From an uncultured delta proteobacterium (lineage in GTDB: Bacteria > Desulfobacterota > Desulfobacteria > Desulfobacterales > Desulfatirhabdiaceae), in assembly GCA_963789395.1 (NCBI GenBank), contig CAWBKP010000014.1, positions 32,001 to 96,000 on the forward strand: 64,000 nt of DNA. Direction: 5' to 3'. Shown here piece by piece: positions 1 to 11,217 of the stretch. The notes under the pieces are model-generated. The model had not been told where the DNA came from. It saw only the letters and a list, made by a program, of their open reading frames with translations, and searched no databases. The first letter of the stretch is position 1. The number at the start of each line of letters is the position of its first letter. Made by a program: the position numbers and the translations under genes.

Positions 1-124
1 AAGCAATGCCGCTTGCCATGTATGTCAACCAAGACCTGACAGGAACCTCTTGAAAATTGCGAGCAGTGCGAGTAAGAAATATCTTAATAAGGTGAAATCA
101 AACCAAGCAGAAAAGGAGGTTAGC

Positions 125-1339
125 ATGCTCTACAGAAAGATGCCCAAGAACGCGGATCAACTTTCCATACTGGGTTTCGGGTGCATGCGACTGCCTGTCA
201 ATGAGGGGAAGATCGACGAATCGCGGGCTATCCGCCAGATCCGGTATGCCATCGACAAAGGCGTCAATTATGTGGACACCGCCTGGCCCTACCACGATGG
301 CCAGAGCGAGGCGCTTCTTGGGAAGGCATTGATGGACGGATACCGGGATCGGGTCAAGATAGCCACCAAACTGCCGTCATGGATGGTTAAAGACCGTCAG
401 GACATGGACCGCTACCTGGATGCCCAACGAGAACGGCTGGACACCGACCGCATCGACTACTATCTTCTGCATGCCCTGAACGGCGAATCCTGGGATACGC
501 TCGAAAGGCTCGGCATCATCGATTTTATCGATCAGGCAAAAAAAGGCGGGCGTATCGTCAACGCCGGCTTTTCCTTTCACGGATTGGCCGAGGATTTCAA
601 AAAAATCGTCGATGCATACCCTTGGGAATTCTGCCAGATCCAATACAATTATCTTGACCGGGAAAACCAGGCCGGCATCAAGGGACTGAAATATGCCGCC
701 GAAAAAAATCTGGGCGTGATCGTCATGGAACCGCTGCGCGGCGGAAACCTGGGACTTGCGACTGCACCGCCCGCTATCGCGGCCATCTGGGATAAGGCGA
801 AAACGCGCCGCACCCCGGCGGAATGGGCGCTTCGCTGGGTATGGAACCACCCGGAGGTCACCGTGGTTCTCTCCGGAATGAACGAGGAGACGCATATCGA
901 GGAAAACCTTGCCATTGCAGGAGGTGCCCGCGCCAATACCCTGACCCGTGAAGAGCTGGAACTGGTGGATCAGGTCAGCCGGAAATATCAGGGTTTGATG
1001 AAAGTCGGCTGCACCGGCTGCGGATACTGCATGCCCTGCCCATCGGGGGTCTGGATCCCCGGCTGTTTCGAGACTTACAACAAAATGCACATGTTCGGCG
1101 AAACAGAAATGGTAAAGTTCAGCTACGCACTTCGGATGAGCGGCATACTGGCTGATGGCGAACCGAGATATGCTTCCCAGTGCATCGAATGCGGGGAATG
1201 CCTGGAAAAATGTCCCCAGCAGATCCCGATCCCGGATTTTCTAAAAGATGTTGTCGCCGAGATGGAAGGGCCGGAGATGGAAAAGCGTCTGGCCATCGCC
1301 CGGGAAAAGTTTCAGGAAGGGCTAAAATTGGCATGTTGA
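125..1339 (+). CDS. Aldo/keto reductase with C-terminal 4Fe-4S dicluster domain
   Basis: LGFGCMRLP, DTAWPY and TKLP AKR motifs; C-terminal CTGCGYCMPCP and CIECGECLEKCP; GGAGG RBS before ATG 125. Confidence 0.9.
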   Translation: MLYRKMPKNADQLSILGFGCMRLPVNEGKIDESRAIRQIRYAIDKGVNYVDTAWPYHDGQSEALLGKALMDGYRDRVKIATKLPSWMVKDRQDMDRYLDAQRERLDTDRIDYYLLHALNGESWDTLERLGIIDFIDQAKKGGRIVNAGFSFHGLAEDFKKIVDAYPWEFCQIQYNYLDRENQAGIKGLKYAAEKNLGVIVMEPLRGGNLGLATAPPAIAAIWDKAKTRRTPAEWALRWVWNHPEVTVVLSGMNEETHIEENLAIAGGARANTLTREELELVDQVSRKYQGLMKVGCTGCGYCMPCPSGVWIPGCFETYNKMHMFGETEMVKFSYALRMSGILADGEPRYASQCIECGECLEKCPQQIPIPDFLKDVVAEMEGPEMEKRLAIAREKFQEGLKLAC

Positions 1340-1919
1340 CCGGTTTACGGCTTTTTTTCACGGAAGGACGTAATTAAATCCCGAAAGATGGAATTCAGCG
1401 TTTTGGAAGCGTTGTCGAAGGTGGTAAAGGCGTCGGTTCCTCTCTGTTTCGGGTGGCAAACACGTTCGAAGAACTGATCTGAAAAATAGTTATCTGAAAC
1501 TTAAGTATTCAAAAGGCAGTTTTCTTAAAAATACCAGAAAGATGCATGAAAAAAAATCTGAAATAAATGCTTTTTGTTATGAGCAAGAATTCTTAACCGC
1601 ACCCCCCAAAACTGCGGGGAACCCCTTTTTTATCTTCCCCGCATTATCCCCCCCGATTTCCGAATAACCATGTTCGACAATCAGATGCCGACGTTTATGG
1701 TGGGTGATATCTGAAAGGGATTGCCGCTAGACTTTGCTTTCACCATCGGACACCAGTAACTCCCGCCCCATTTTATTCAACAGTCCAGGACGGAGATGAG
1801 TGTTCTTTTTGTAACCTGCAGTCAGCGCCAGTTCAAGAAAGAATCCACCAATTGCTGCCGACTCAGGAAAGGCTGGCATCAATGATAATCTGAAATCAAG
1901 CCATTAATGAAGATTATGA

Positions 1920-1935
1920 TGGTATGGAATATGCA
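1920..1935 (+). promoter_or_regulatory. Candidate sigma54 (-24/-12) promoter
   Basis: TGGTATGGAATATGCA has the GG-N10-GC spacing of TGGCAC-N5-TTGC; lies in a long intergenic region upstream of the hybrid kinase. Confidence 0.45.
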
Positions 1936-2265
1936 TAATATAGATGGAATTTAGCGGCGATTCTGCCTATACCGCATAGCCTGGAAGCCTTTGCTTGAAA
2001 CGTTCTGCATAAATGACCATTTGAGCCTCCCATGCTTTCATGGTTGATTCCATCTGTCTCAGAGGTTTTAACCAAGTTAATCAGACCACAGGTGGCACAT
2101 TTTTCAGTTCCACTAACAGCATCGTCCTAAATGGAAGAACCGTGACAAAAAATGACGGAATCCTTACAATTTGCAGCAGAATTGGCGCCGTTGCATTGAA
2201 TACGCCGACACACATCGGGATATGGCGTAAAATAAGGGATTGAACGGCAAATAAGGAGTGTCGCA

Positions 2266-4279
2266 TTGACTGACAATAAAACGCGTTTAGACTTGCCGGT
2301 CGATTCTTCAACGGATACGGAAGGCTCAGGGCAGGAGAAACAGGATGGTTCGCCGGGGCGCTACTCCGAGATTTATGACATGGCACCGGTGGGCCATTGC
2401 ACGGTCAGCGAAAAGGGGCTGATCCTGGAGGCAGATTCCGCAGCTGCAGCTTTTGTTGGCGTTCCCGCTGGCTTTCTGTTCAAACAGCCGATCACACGGT
2501 TCCTTCCCAAGGAAGACCAGGATATCTACTACCGGTACCGCAAACAACTCTGTGAAACCGGTACACTACAGGCGTGCGAGTTGCGGATGCTGCGCCAGGA
2601 TGGATCATTCTTCTGGGTACGGCTGGATGCCACTGCGGTGAAAGACGCCGTCGGTTCTTGCGTTTACCGCATTGTGTTGAGAGATATAACCGTGCGCAAG
2701 CAAGCGGGGCAGATGGAGGCACTTCGGACCCAGAATGAGATACACAGTCAAGTTTTAAACAGCCTTGATGTCATCATATACGTGGTTGATATCAAAACCA
2801 ATGAGATAGTTTTCATTAACACATACGGGCGAAATCTATGGGATGTTATAAAGGGTAAAAACTATTGGCAGAGGCCATATCCAGGCCACGCAAGCCCGAT
2901 TGAATACAGCACAAACAGCAGACTCATCGGTCCTGATGGGAATCCGGCAGAAGGTATTGTCTGGGAATTTCAAGACACCGACAAAGAACGGTGGTACGAT
3001 TGTCGGAGCAGGAGTATTTATTGGCCTGACGGTCGCATTGTTCGCATGGAAATTGTTACTGACATTACCGATCGCAAGCGGTATGAAGCGGAAAAGGAGG
3101 AAATCGCTGTCCGGAAAAGGCAGCTTCAAAAGGCTGAAAGCCTGGGTCGTATGGCCGGGGCTATTTCCCACCATTTCAACAACCAGCTCCAGGTTGTGAT
3201 GGGGAACCTGGAAATGGTAATTAACAACCTGCCGATGGGTGTGAGTCCGGCAGAGAGCCTTGCCTCAGCGATGCAGGCGGCTCTCAAGGCTGCGGAGGTG
3301 AGCGGTCTGATGCTGACCTATATCGGACAAGCGTCCGGTATCCATGAACCCATAGACTTGTCAGTAGCATGCCGCAGAAGCCTCGCGCTGCTTCAGGCCA
3401 CAGCCCCTAAAAACATGACCATTAAGGCTGTTTTCCCCTCATCCGGTCCGATCATCCGTGCGAACGCAGGCCAGATACAGCAGGTTCTGACCAACCTGCT
3501 CGCCAATGCCTGGGAAGCCTCCGCCGGGATAAATGGAGCCATTATCCTGACCGTAAAAACGGTTTATGCAGCGGACATACCCGCTTCGGCACGTTTTCCG
3601 GTCGACTGGAAGCCCGTGGATCCTGCATATGCGTGTCTGGAAGTGGCGGATTCTGGCTGCGGTATCGCGAGAAAAGGATTTCGGACAAATCTTTGATCCG
3701 TTTTTCTCCACCAAGTTTTCGGGACGCGGACTGGGGTTGCCCGTGGTTCTGGGGATCATGCGTGCACACAACGGAGCTGTCACGGTGGAGAGCAAACCAG
3801 AACGAGGGAGTATTTTTCGGGTCTTTTTCCCGGTATTGACTGAGAAAATCCCCAGTCGTCCATATAAATCGGCCCAAACCCCGGATATTGAAGCGGAAGG
3901 AACGGTGCTGCTGGTCGAAGACGTGGCGGCAGTGCGCGAAATCGGCGCGTCAATGATCATGCAACTGGGCTTCAGGGTGCTTGAAGCCGGAGATGGCGTT
4001 GAGGCGGTGGAAGTGTTCCGGCAGCATCAGGATGAGATCTGCTGCGTCGTTTGCGATTTATCCATGCCGCGTATGAACGGCTGGGAAACACTGGCGGCCC
4101 TTCGCAGCCTGTCGCCCGGCATTCCGTTTGTCCTTTCCAGTGGATACAACAAGGAACAGGCCACGGCCGGCAATCATGCCGAATGGCCGCAGGCATTTCT
4201 GGGGAAACCCTACCAGCTTAAGGACTTGAGCGATTCGATTCGCAGCGCACTGTCAAATACGGCTGAATGCATAAAATAA
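2266..4279 (+). CDS. PAS-domain hybrid sensor histidine kinase/response regulator (frameshift near 3670)
   Basis: Two PAS domains, H-box AGAISHHFNN, N-box QVLTNLLANA and DSGCG in ORF 2266-3696; IFDPFFSTK, GRGLGL and a receiver domain (LLVED, CDLSMP) in ORF 3566-4279; AAGGAG RBS. Confidence 0.88.
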
Positions 4280-4354
4280 GTGTCCCGCAAATAAACGGGC
4301 CACCAATTGCACGCCTTCCCCGAAAATATAAAATTGCGTGAGCAGTTTCCGCCC

Positions 4355-5524
4355 TTATCCAGCGGATCCCCTCAGTCTCGGGGGTAAAATAAAGACTTTC
4401 CGAAGGCCTTCTTCAAGGGCAATGGCTTCTTCCGGACAGAAACGGGCACAGACACCGCACCCGAAGCAGGCAGTGGCATCCCGGACAGCTTTGCCGTCAT
4501 CATCCAGCCGGATCGCCTCGGTGGGGCAGCGGTCGACGCAGGTGCCGCATCCGGTGCAAATTTTCCGGTCGATCCGTGAGAGATAGGAAGTGGCATTGAC
4601 CAGCGGGAACCCCCCTTCCCGCCAGGTGCGAAGGGTGTCGCAGCAGTCTTTGCAACAGTTGCAGATACTGGTTTCGGGCCGGTCCACCTTGGAATTGGGA
4701 TGAAAGGCCTTATGCACCAGGCCGGCTGTTTCAGCCTCGCGCATGATCCGCAGCGCCTCTTTCCTGGTAATCATCCGGGCAAACCCCTGGGATGCGGTAT
4801 GACGGGCGGACTTTCCGAAGGTGAAGCAGTTTTCCAGGGGAGCGTCCGTAGCGCAGGGTTCTCCGAGCAGGGCCCTGCGCTGACGGCAGAAGCAATGTCC
4901 CACGGCGATTTCATCGAATTTTTCGATGATTTCATCGATGGACTGGCTGGGAAGAACGGTTTCCCCGGCACCCTCTATGTTTTTATTTACCGGAATGACC
5001 CGGATGGTCTTTCCGTCTTCCGTGATACGCGCCGGAACGGTCCGGTCAATCGGGGGGGATATGTTGAAGATGGGCACGAACGCATCGTAGTTTTCTTGAA
5101 CCTGGTCCCTGACATCGTCCATCAGTCGTTGAAACAGAACGGCCAGTTCCTTTTCCCTGTCATTCCACTGAAGCGGCCCCATGAAGGTATATTCCATCAG
5201 GCCGACCATCATGAGGGGAAGGAGTCGGTAAACCATGGTGCCGCCGGTATTGGGCTGATTGAAGAGCAGCCCCTTTCTGGCAAGGCTGTTGGTAAGTTTG
5301 ACAACGGTCTCTTCCGGCATCCCGCTGGAATCCATCAGTTCGGCAAGTGTTTGAGAAGCCTTTTTGTCAAATTCGGCAATAAGATCAAGTTCGGCGCCCA
5401 CATCCCCCACCGCCCGCCTGAGGATGGTCAGGGTCGTTTCATTGACCGGAAACGGGAAAATCCCCTGCCTGCAGATGACACTTGCCGCTTTTTCGTACTT
5501 TGATTGCAGTGAATCACCAATCAC
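4355..5524 (-). CDS. 4Fe-4S binding protein (uncharacterised, Cys-rich)
   Basis: GHCFCR, ICNCCKDCC and two CxxCxxCxxxCP ferredoxin motifs; AAGGAG RBS before GTG. Confidence 0.85.
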   Translation of the reverse strand: MIGDSLQSKYEKAASVICRQGIFPFPVNETTLTILRRAVGDVGAELDLIAEFDKKASQTLAELMDSSGMPEETVVKLTNSLARKGLLFNQPNTGGTMVYRLLPLMMVGLMEYTFMGPLQWNDREKELAVLFQRLMDDVRDQVQENYDAFVPIFNISPPIDRTVPARITEDGKTIRVIPVNKNIEGAGETVLPSQSIDEIIEKFDEIAVGHCFCRQRRALLGEPCATDAPLENCFTFGKSARHTASQGFARMITRKEALRIMREAETAGLVHKAFHPNSKVDRPETSICNCCKDCCDTLRTWREGGFPLVNATSYLSRIDRKICTGCGTCVDRCPTEAIRLDDDGKAVRDATACFGCGVCARFCPEEAIALEEGLRKVFILPPRLRGSAG

Positions 5525-5654
5525 GGTTATTCTCCTTTTTGACCCTGCTGGTTACCTTTTCCAGCGAATCTTTGCCACAAAATCGAAACGAAGGTGAAAG
5601 GCAGTGTGCTGATTTTATAGATTATCACATATGACAGGGCATAGTCAGTAACAT

Positions 5655-6968
5655 TTATGGGTGTGAAACAGGCGAATCGGCTTTCCTGATCCACCAGAGC
5701 AGGATCCGAAGCGTTGCCGTGGATGCCAGACTGCCCAGGCACAGCCCGATGCCGCCGATGAGATTCCCATCAAATCCCAGTGTCAACAACACACTGCCGG
5801 TCAATAATATGGTGGCCATAAACATTGCCTGACCCGCAACAACGACTATCGGCTTTCCAGCCAGACCGGCAAGTCCTTCGCCCTGTGCCCTCACCGCCAC
5901 GCATACCGGATACAGGGCCAAGGCCAGGGCTGCAACCCGGACCAGCGGCAGGTTTACTGGATCGAGATTCTGAAGCCTGACGTAATACAGTTCGGACAAT
6001 CCCGGCAGAATGAACATCAAGGGAAGCAATCCCAAAACAGCTCCAGCAGCCACGGCAAATCCAAGGGTCCGGCGATCCTGATCAGTTGCCGGCGGGAATG
6101 CAAGCACCACTTCCAGTACCCGTGTAGCGCCATAGGCAACCGGCGTGGCAAGCCCGAGGGCCAGGTAATAGGCCGGCAGCATGCGTTCCGGGCTTGCAGC
6201 ATGTGCGATGAATGCCCCAAGCAGGATGGATGACAGGGAAAGCAGATACCCCCCGATGGACAGGGGAAGGTTGAATAAAAAAATTTCCATTTTCGTCGGC
6301 ACGGTTTCAGAAGCCTCCAGGCGTGCCAGATACGGCCTGGCCAGCCAGGCGGAAGCCGCAACCTCCAGGGCAACGGGAAAACTCAGACAGACCACCGCCC
6401 AGAGGGGTCCGACGGCTCCTGCCAAACAAAACAAGGGGGACAGGGTTGCTGTCAATAGTATCCGCAGAATGGTTGCCAGGCTGGCCTTTCCCGTGGCTCG
6501 GGCATTATACATGGCCACCTGAAAGGGGATTCTGATGAAAAACAGAAATTGAAGCGGAACAGTGGCCAACAACGTCATCGCGGCCGGATGTTCGATGGAG
6601 GGCGGCAGTCCGATCAGCCGACCTAAAAGCAGATGGGCAACCTGGGGCACGCACAGCACCCCCTGAACCAATGTGACCAGCAGGCCGAGGCTCAGTGTGA
6701 CGGCCCGAAACTGGCGATACCCGTGTCGGGTCCTGCCAAACACCATACCGGCAGTAACCAGACCGAACCCGAAGGTTCCCAGCATGTACATCAACGTGTT
6801 GGACTGTGCCAGACCTGCCAGATTCAGCGGACCGCCGTCCCCTCGGGAGGCTACCATGGCTACCAGTGGATAGGTCAGCCCCTGCGAAGCAGCCTGAAGA
6901 GCCAGCGGGGCAAAAAACCGGGTATAAGACAACAGGTTCGGGGCGATTGCAGTGTGGTCGGTCATCAT
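5655..6968 (-). CDS. Multi-pass membrane protein, MATE/MOP-superfamily-like
   Basis: 437 aa, about 12 hydrophobic segments, N-terminal RFFAPLAL. Confidence 0.65.
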   Translation of the reverse strand: MMTDHTAIAPNLLSYTRFFAPLALQAASQGLTYPLVAMVASRGDGGPLNLAGLAQSNTLMYMLGTFGFGLVTAGMVFGRTRHGYRQFRAVTLSLGLLVTLVQGVLCVPQVAHLLLGRLIGLPPSIEHPAAMTLLATVPLQFLFFIRIPFQVAMYNARATGKASLATILRILLTATLSPLFCLAGAVGPLWAVVCLSFPVALEVAASAWLARPYLARLEASETVPTKMEIFLFNLPLSIGGYLLSLSSILLGAFIAHAASPERMLPAYYLALGLATPVAYGATRVLEVVLAFPPATDQDRRTLGFAVAAGAVLGLLPLMFILPGLSELYYVRLQNLDPVNLPLVRVAALALALYPVCVAVRAQGEGLAGLAGKPIVVVAGQAMFMATILLTGSVLLTLGFDGNLIGGIGLCLGSLASTATLRILLWWIRKADSPVSHP

Positions 6969-7102
6969 ATCGGGACGAAGTTTTCTTTAAAGAAATTATT
7001 TTTGGAGTCCGTCACTCGTAAATAAAAAACCGGTTGCGTATTGAATTTAATACAGAACGAAACAGGACCAAACGGCTGGCGGTTCAAAGAGGAGAATTTT
7101 GA

Positions 7103-7180
<78 letters not shown>

Positions 7181-7377
7181 TTAGATTTAATTTTATTTAT
7201 CTATCATGGTTTTTGGGATCAGGCAAGACATAAACTTTTTGGCCATTTTTATTCATCAACATTAACTTAACGCTTTACACCCTCAGATGAACAACTCCCC
7301 TGTCTTTTGTCAAGACATGGCAAATAGTTACAAATCATTCGAACATATTGACATTACAAGACGTTTTTCAATTATAC

Positions 7378-7406
7378 TTGACATGGTATGCATTTTAGAT
7401 TATTAT
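7378..7406 (+). promoter_or_regulatory. sigma70-type promoter for tRNA-Leu/tig
   Basis: TTGACA-17 nt-TATTAT. Confidence 0.65.
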
Positions 7407-7486
7407 ATATAGATTTTACTGGAATAAATAATTGATTGTAATTGGTTTATTCATACTATCATTTAGCCGGGCTGTGAAACCCATTG

Positions 7487-7573
7487 GCGAGAGTGGCGGA
7501 ACTGGCAGACGCACTGGACTTAGGATCCAGCTCTGGAAACAGAATGGGAGTTCAAATCTCCCCTCTCGCACCA
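7487..7573 (+). tRNA. tRNA-Leu (TAG)
   Basis: GCGAGAGTGGCGGAACTGGCAGACGC, anticodon arm CTGGA-CTTAGGA-TCCAG, long variable arm, GTTCAAATC, CCA end. Confidence 0.97.
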
Positions 7574-7765
7574 GATTACCCAATCCCCCGTCCTCTTCTG
7601 TCAACAATATAAAGCCGTCTTGGCCGGGGCAGAGACGGAATCTGCATGGACTCATGACAACCAACTCCAAAAACTTCCAAAGGATAGATTTAATATACTG
7701 ATTTATGTCAAACGGATGGAAGGAAAATCCGTTAAAACTGCTTAAAGAGAAATGGAAACAATCTA

Positions 7766-9095
7766 ATGAAATTTACGGTAGAAGACGCCAGTTCTGTTAA
7801 AAAAGTACTTCATATTGAAATCCCCCAGGATGCGGTGGCTAAAGAAATTGAGAGTGCTTTCAAAGAATTGAATAAAACCGCCAAAGTTAAAGGATTTCGC
7901 CCGGGAAAAGTGCCAAGATCGGTTCTTGAAAGGCTCTACAAAAAAGATGTTTATGAAGATGTGACAAGTCAGCTGATCAAGAGTTCTTTTGCGGATGCCG
8001 TTACCCAGTCCGGCTTGAACCCGTTGCGGCACCCGGACATTGATCCGCCGGCGCTCACCGCAGACAGTGCTTATCTGTACAGCGCAACCATTGAGATTAA
8101 TCCTGAAATTCCTGATATCGATTTTAAGGGCCTTACCCTCAAAAAAACGCTCTACAAGCCTTCTGATGACGAACTTTCCGCTCAGTTGAAAATGCTCCAG
8201 AAAAATCTTTCGGAACGCAAACCGGTTGAACCCGTACGCGCTTGCCAGGACGGCGACTTTGTCATTTTGGACTACGAAGGATTTAAAGACGGAGCCCCCC
8301 ATCCAGACCTTCAGAAAACTGAAAACATGACCTTGAAAATCGGAACAGCGAAAATTTCCAAAGACTTCGATGCACAAATCATCGGTATGATGCCGGGTGA
8401 TCACAAAGATTTTTCGATTCAATTTCCCGACGACTATCCTAACGCCGATCTTGCTGGCCAGGAAGCGGCGTTTCATGTTCATCTTCATGAAATCCGCGAA
8501 GAGATTCTTCCGGAAATCAATGACGAGTTCGCCAAGAGACTGGGGCCTTTTCAATACCATTGAAGATGTGAAAACAGCCATCACAGGCAACCTGCAGCAA
8601 GGCTACAACAAGCGCACGGAGCAGGAAATCAATGAACAGATTTTTTCAGCATTGATTGAAAAAGCGCCGTTTGAAGCTCCCGATACCTTGATCGACTGGG
8701 AACTTGCCGGCATTATTCGCGAAGTCGAACGGTCATTTGAACATCAGCAGGTCAAGATGGAAACCCTTGGCATGACCCACGAATCGCTGGCCACAACCTA
8801 TCGCGATACTGCCGAAAAGCAGGTTCGCAGGCATCTGATTCTGGGGAAAATCATTTCTCAGGAAAAATTGACACTTGCCGATACCGACCTGACCCAAGCA
8901 TTGCAGGATATGGCATCTTCTTATGGCAGGCCAGTAGATGAAATAAGATCGTATTACGACCAGCATCCCGATGACCTTGCCTTTTTCAAACATACGCTCC
9001 TTGAAAAACAGGCAATCAAGCTTATCATTGATAACAGTAAGATTGAAGAAATTGAACCCGTTCCGGAAGATCAGGCTGCTTCCATTCCTGAATAA
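7766..9095 (+). CDS. tig: Trigger factor (frameshift near 8545)
   Basis: GFRPGKVP ribosome-binding motif and FKBP domain in 7766-8563; C-terminal domain in 8397-9095; lies upstream of clpP. Confidence 0.93.
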
Positions 9096-9343
9096 CGGCT
9101 TTTGGTACGACAATTGCTTATCATACGAAAAGATGGCATTTTATAAGCTGCCGGCTATTTTTGATTCCGTCTTTACTATTCTAAGGTTGTTTCACAGCAG
9201 CCCGGAAGCGCCAATACCCAAAGGCAGCGAAGACCTCGTCTTCAGGGGTAACGCAGCAACGAAACAATTCATTACTTGATGGACTTTATCAAAGTCCGAC
9301 TTCGGGCAACATTTTCCATGTTGTCATCAAAAGGAGAACTTCA

Positions 9344-9958
9344 GTGCCATTAATACCCATGGTCATTGAACAGAGCAGTCGTGGAGAGCGCGCATACGAC
9401 ATTTATTCGCGGCTTCTTAAAGACAGAATCATATTTCTGGGAACTCCCATTAACGATGAGGTTGCCAATCTGCTGATCGCCCAGCTGCTTTTTCTGGAAT
9501 CGGAAGATCCTGGAAAAGAAATCAACTTCTACATCAATTCACCCGGTGGTTCTGTAACGGCCGGACTGGCTGTTTATGATACCATGCAGTACATCAAGCC
9601 GGATATCACAACCGTATGCATCGGCCAGGCAGCCAGCATGGGGGCTTTGCTGCTGGCGGCCGGTACAAAGACCAAGCGCTACTCGCTCCCGAATTCCAGG
9701 ATCATGATTCACCAGCCCATGGGCGGCTCTCAGGGGCAGGCATCGGATATCGCCATTCAGGCTAAGGAAATCCTGCGGCTGAAGGACACGTTGAACGACA
9801 TTCTGGCGTTCCATACCGGAAGGGATCTGCAGCAGATTCAAAAAGATACGGATCGTGATTTTTTCATGTCCGGCCAGGAATCCAAAGAATACGGACTCAT
9901 CGATCATGTCATCGCCAATCGGGATGATCTGGATCGACTGGCCAATACGGAGGTATAA
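9344..9958 (+). CDS. clpP: ATP-dependent Clp protease proteolytic subunit
   Basis: [33 protein letters not shown]. Confidence 0.98.
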   Translation: MPLIPMVIEQSSRGERAYDIYSRLLKDRIIFLGTPINDEVANLLIAQLLFLESEDPGKEINFYINSPGGSVTAGLAVYDTMQYIKPDITTVCIGQAASMGALLLAAGTKTKRYSLPNSRIMIHQPMGGSQGQASDIAIQAKEILRLKDTLNDILAFHTGRDLQQIQKDTDRDFFMSGQESKEYGLIDHVIANRDDLDRLANTEV

Positions 9959-9959
9959 C

Positions 9960-11204
9960 ATGGCGAAAAAAGAAGATACGACAGACAATCTATTCTGCTC
10001 TTTCTGCGGAAAAAACCAAAAAGAAGTGGCCAAGTTGATTGCGGGTCCCGCTGTGTATATCTGTGATGAATGCATCCAGTTGTGCAGCGAAATCATTGAG
10101 GAAGAAACCGAGCAAAACGCCGCTTCCCAACAGCGCACTTTGGTGCCCAAACAGATCAAGGAAATGCTCGATGATTATGTCATTGAACAGGACCGGGCCA
10201 AGAAAATCCTTGCTGTGGCGGTTCACAATCATTACAAGCGGCTGGATTCTTTAATCAGCCAGAATGATGTGGAAATTCAAAAAAGCAATATCCTTCTGAT
10301 CGGGCCGACCGGAAGCGGGAAAACACTCCTGGCTCAGACCCTGGCCAGATTTTTGAATGTTCCGTTTACCATCGCCGATGCCACCAGCTTGACGGAAGCC
10401 GGTTATGTGGGAGAAGATGTCGAAAATATCATCTTGTCCCTGCTGCAGAATGCGGATTATGACCTGGACAAGGCCAAACGCGGTATCGTCTACATTGATG
10501 AAATCGATAAAATCGCTTCCAAGTCCGACAATCCTTCCATCACGCGCGATGTTTCCGGCGAGGGAGTTCAGCAGGCGCTTTTGAAAATCATCGAGGGAAC
10601 TACGGCAAGCGTTCCACCCAAAGGCGGCAGAAAACATCCCCAGCAGGACTTTGTAAAGGTGGACACGTCCAACATTTTGTTTATCTGCGGCGGAACGTTT
10701 AACGGACTTGAAAAGATTATTCAGCGCCGATTGGGATCCAATGTCATGGGCTTTGGATCCAAGATCGTCGAAAAATCGAATCTCAATGTCGGCGAATTGC
10801 TTAAAATGGTCCGGCCGGAGGATTTGATTAAATTCGGTCTGATCCCTGAGTTTCTCGGCAGACTCCCTGTGATCGCCACTCTGGATGAACTTACGGAAAG
10901 CTCGCTGATTCGCATTTTGAAAGAACCAAAAAATGCACTGGTCAAACAGTTTGCAAAATTGTTCGAGATGGAAGGCGTCAATTTGCGATTGACTGACAGT
11001 GCGCTATCAGCCATCGCCAGTGAGGCGCTTAAACGAAAATCAGGCGCAAGAGGTCTCAGGGCCATCCTGGAAAACTGCCTGCTTAACATCATGTATGAAA
11101 TTCCTTCTATTGAAGATGTTAAAGAATGTGTTATCAGTGAAGAAGTCGTCCTTAATAACGAAACGCCGATCCTGCTTTATGAACCGGTAAAAATACAGGC
11201 ATGA
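9960..11204 (+). CDS. clpX: ATP-dependent Clp protease ATP-binding subunit
   Basis: CSFCGK zinc finger, [23 protein letters not shown] 9960 after GGAGG. Confidence 0.98.
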   Translation: MAKKEDTTDNLFCSFCGKNQKEVAKLIAGPAVYICDECIQLCSEIIEEETEQNAASQQRTLVPKQIKEMLDDYVIEQDRAKKILAVAVHNHYKRLDSLISQNDVEIQKSNILLIGPTGSGKTLLAQTLARFLNVPFTIADATSLTEAGYVGEDVENIILSLLQNADYDLDKAKRGIVYIDEIDKIASKSDNPSITRDVSGEGVQQALLKIIEGTTASVPPKGGRKHPQQDFVKVDTSNILFICGGTFNGLEKIIQRRLGSNVMGFGSKIVEKSNLNVGELLKMVRPEDLIKFGLIPEFLGRLPVIATLDELTESSLIRILKEPKNALVKQFAKLFEMEGVNLRLTDSALSAIASEALKRKSGARGLRAILENCLLNIMYEIPSIEDVKECVISEEVVLNNETPILLYEPVKIQA

Positions 11205-11217
11205 TGGTTTACCCATA

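Noticed and set aside
1452..1482. GGCAAAC..GTTCGAAGAAC resembling the start of a c-di-GMP-I riboswitch
   Set aside because: Lacks the following GACGCAAA and second stem; no GNRA loop/receptor pair.
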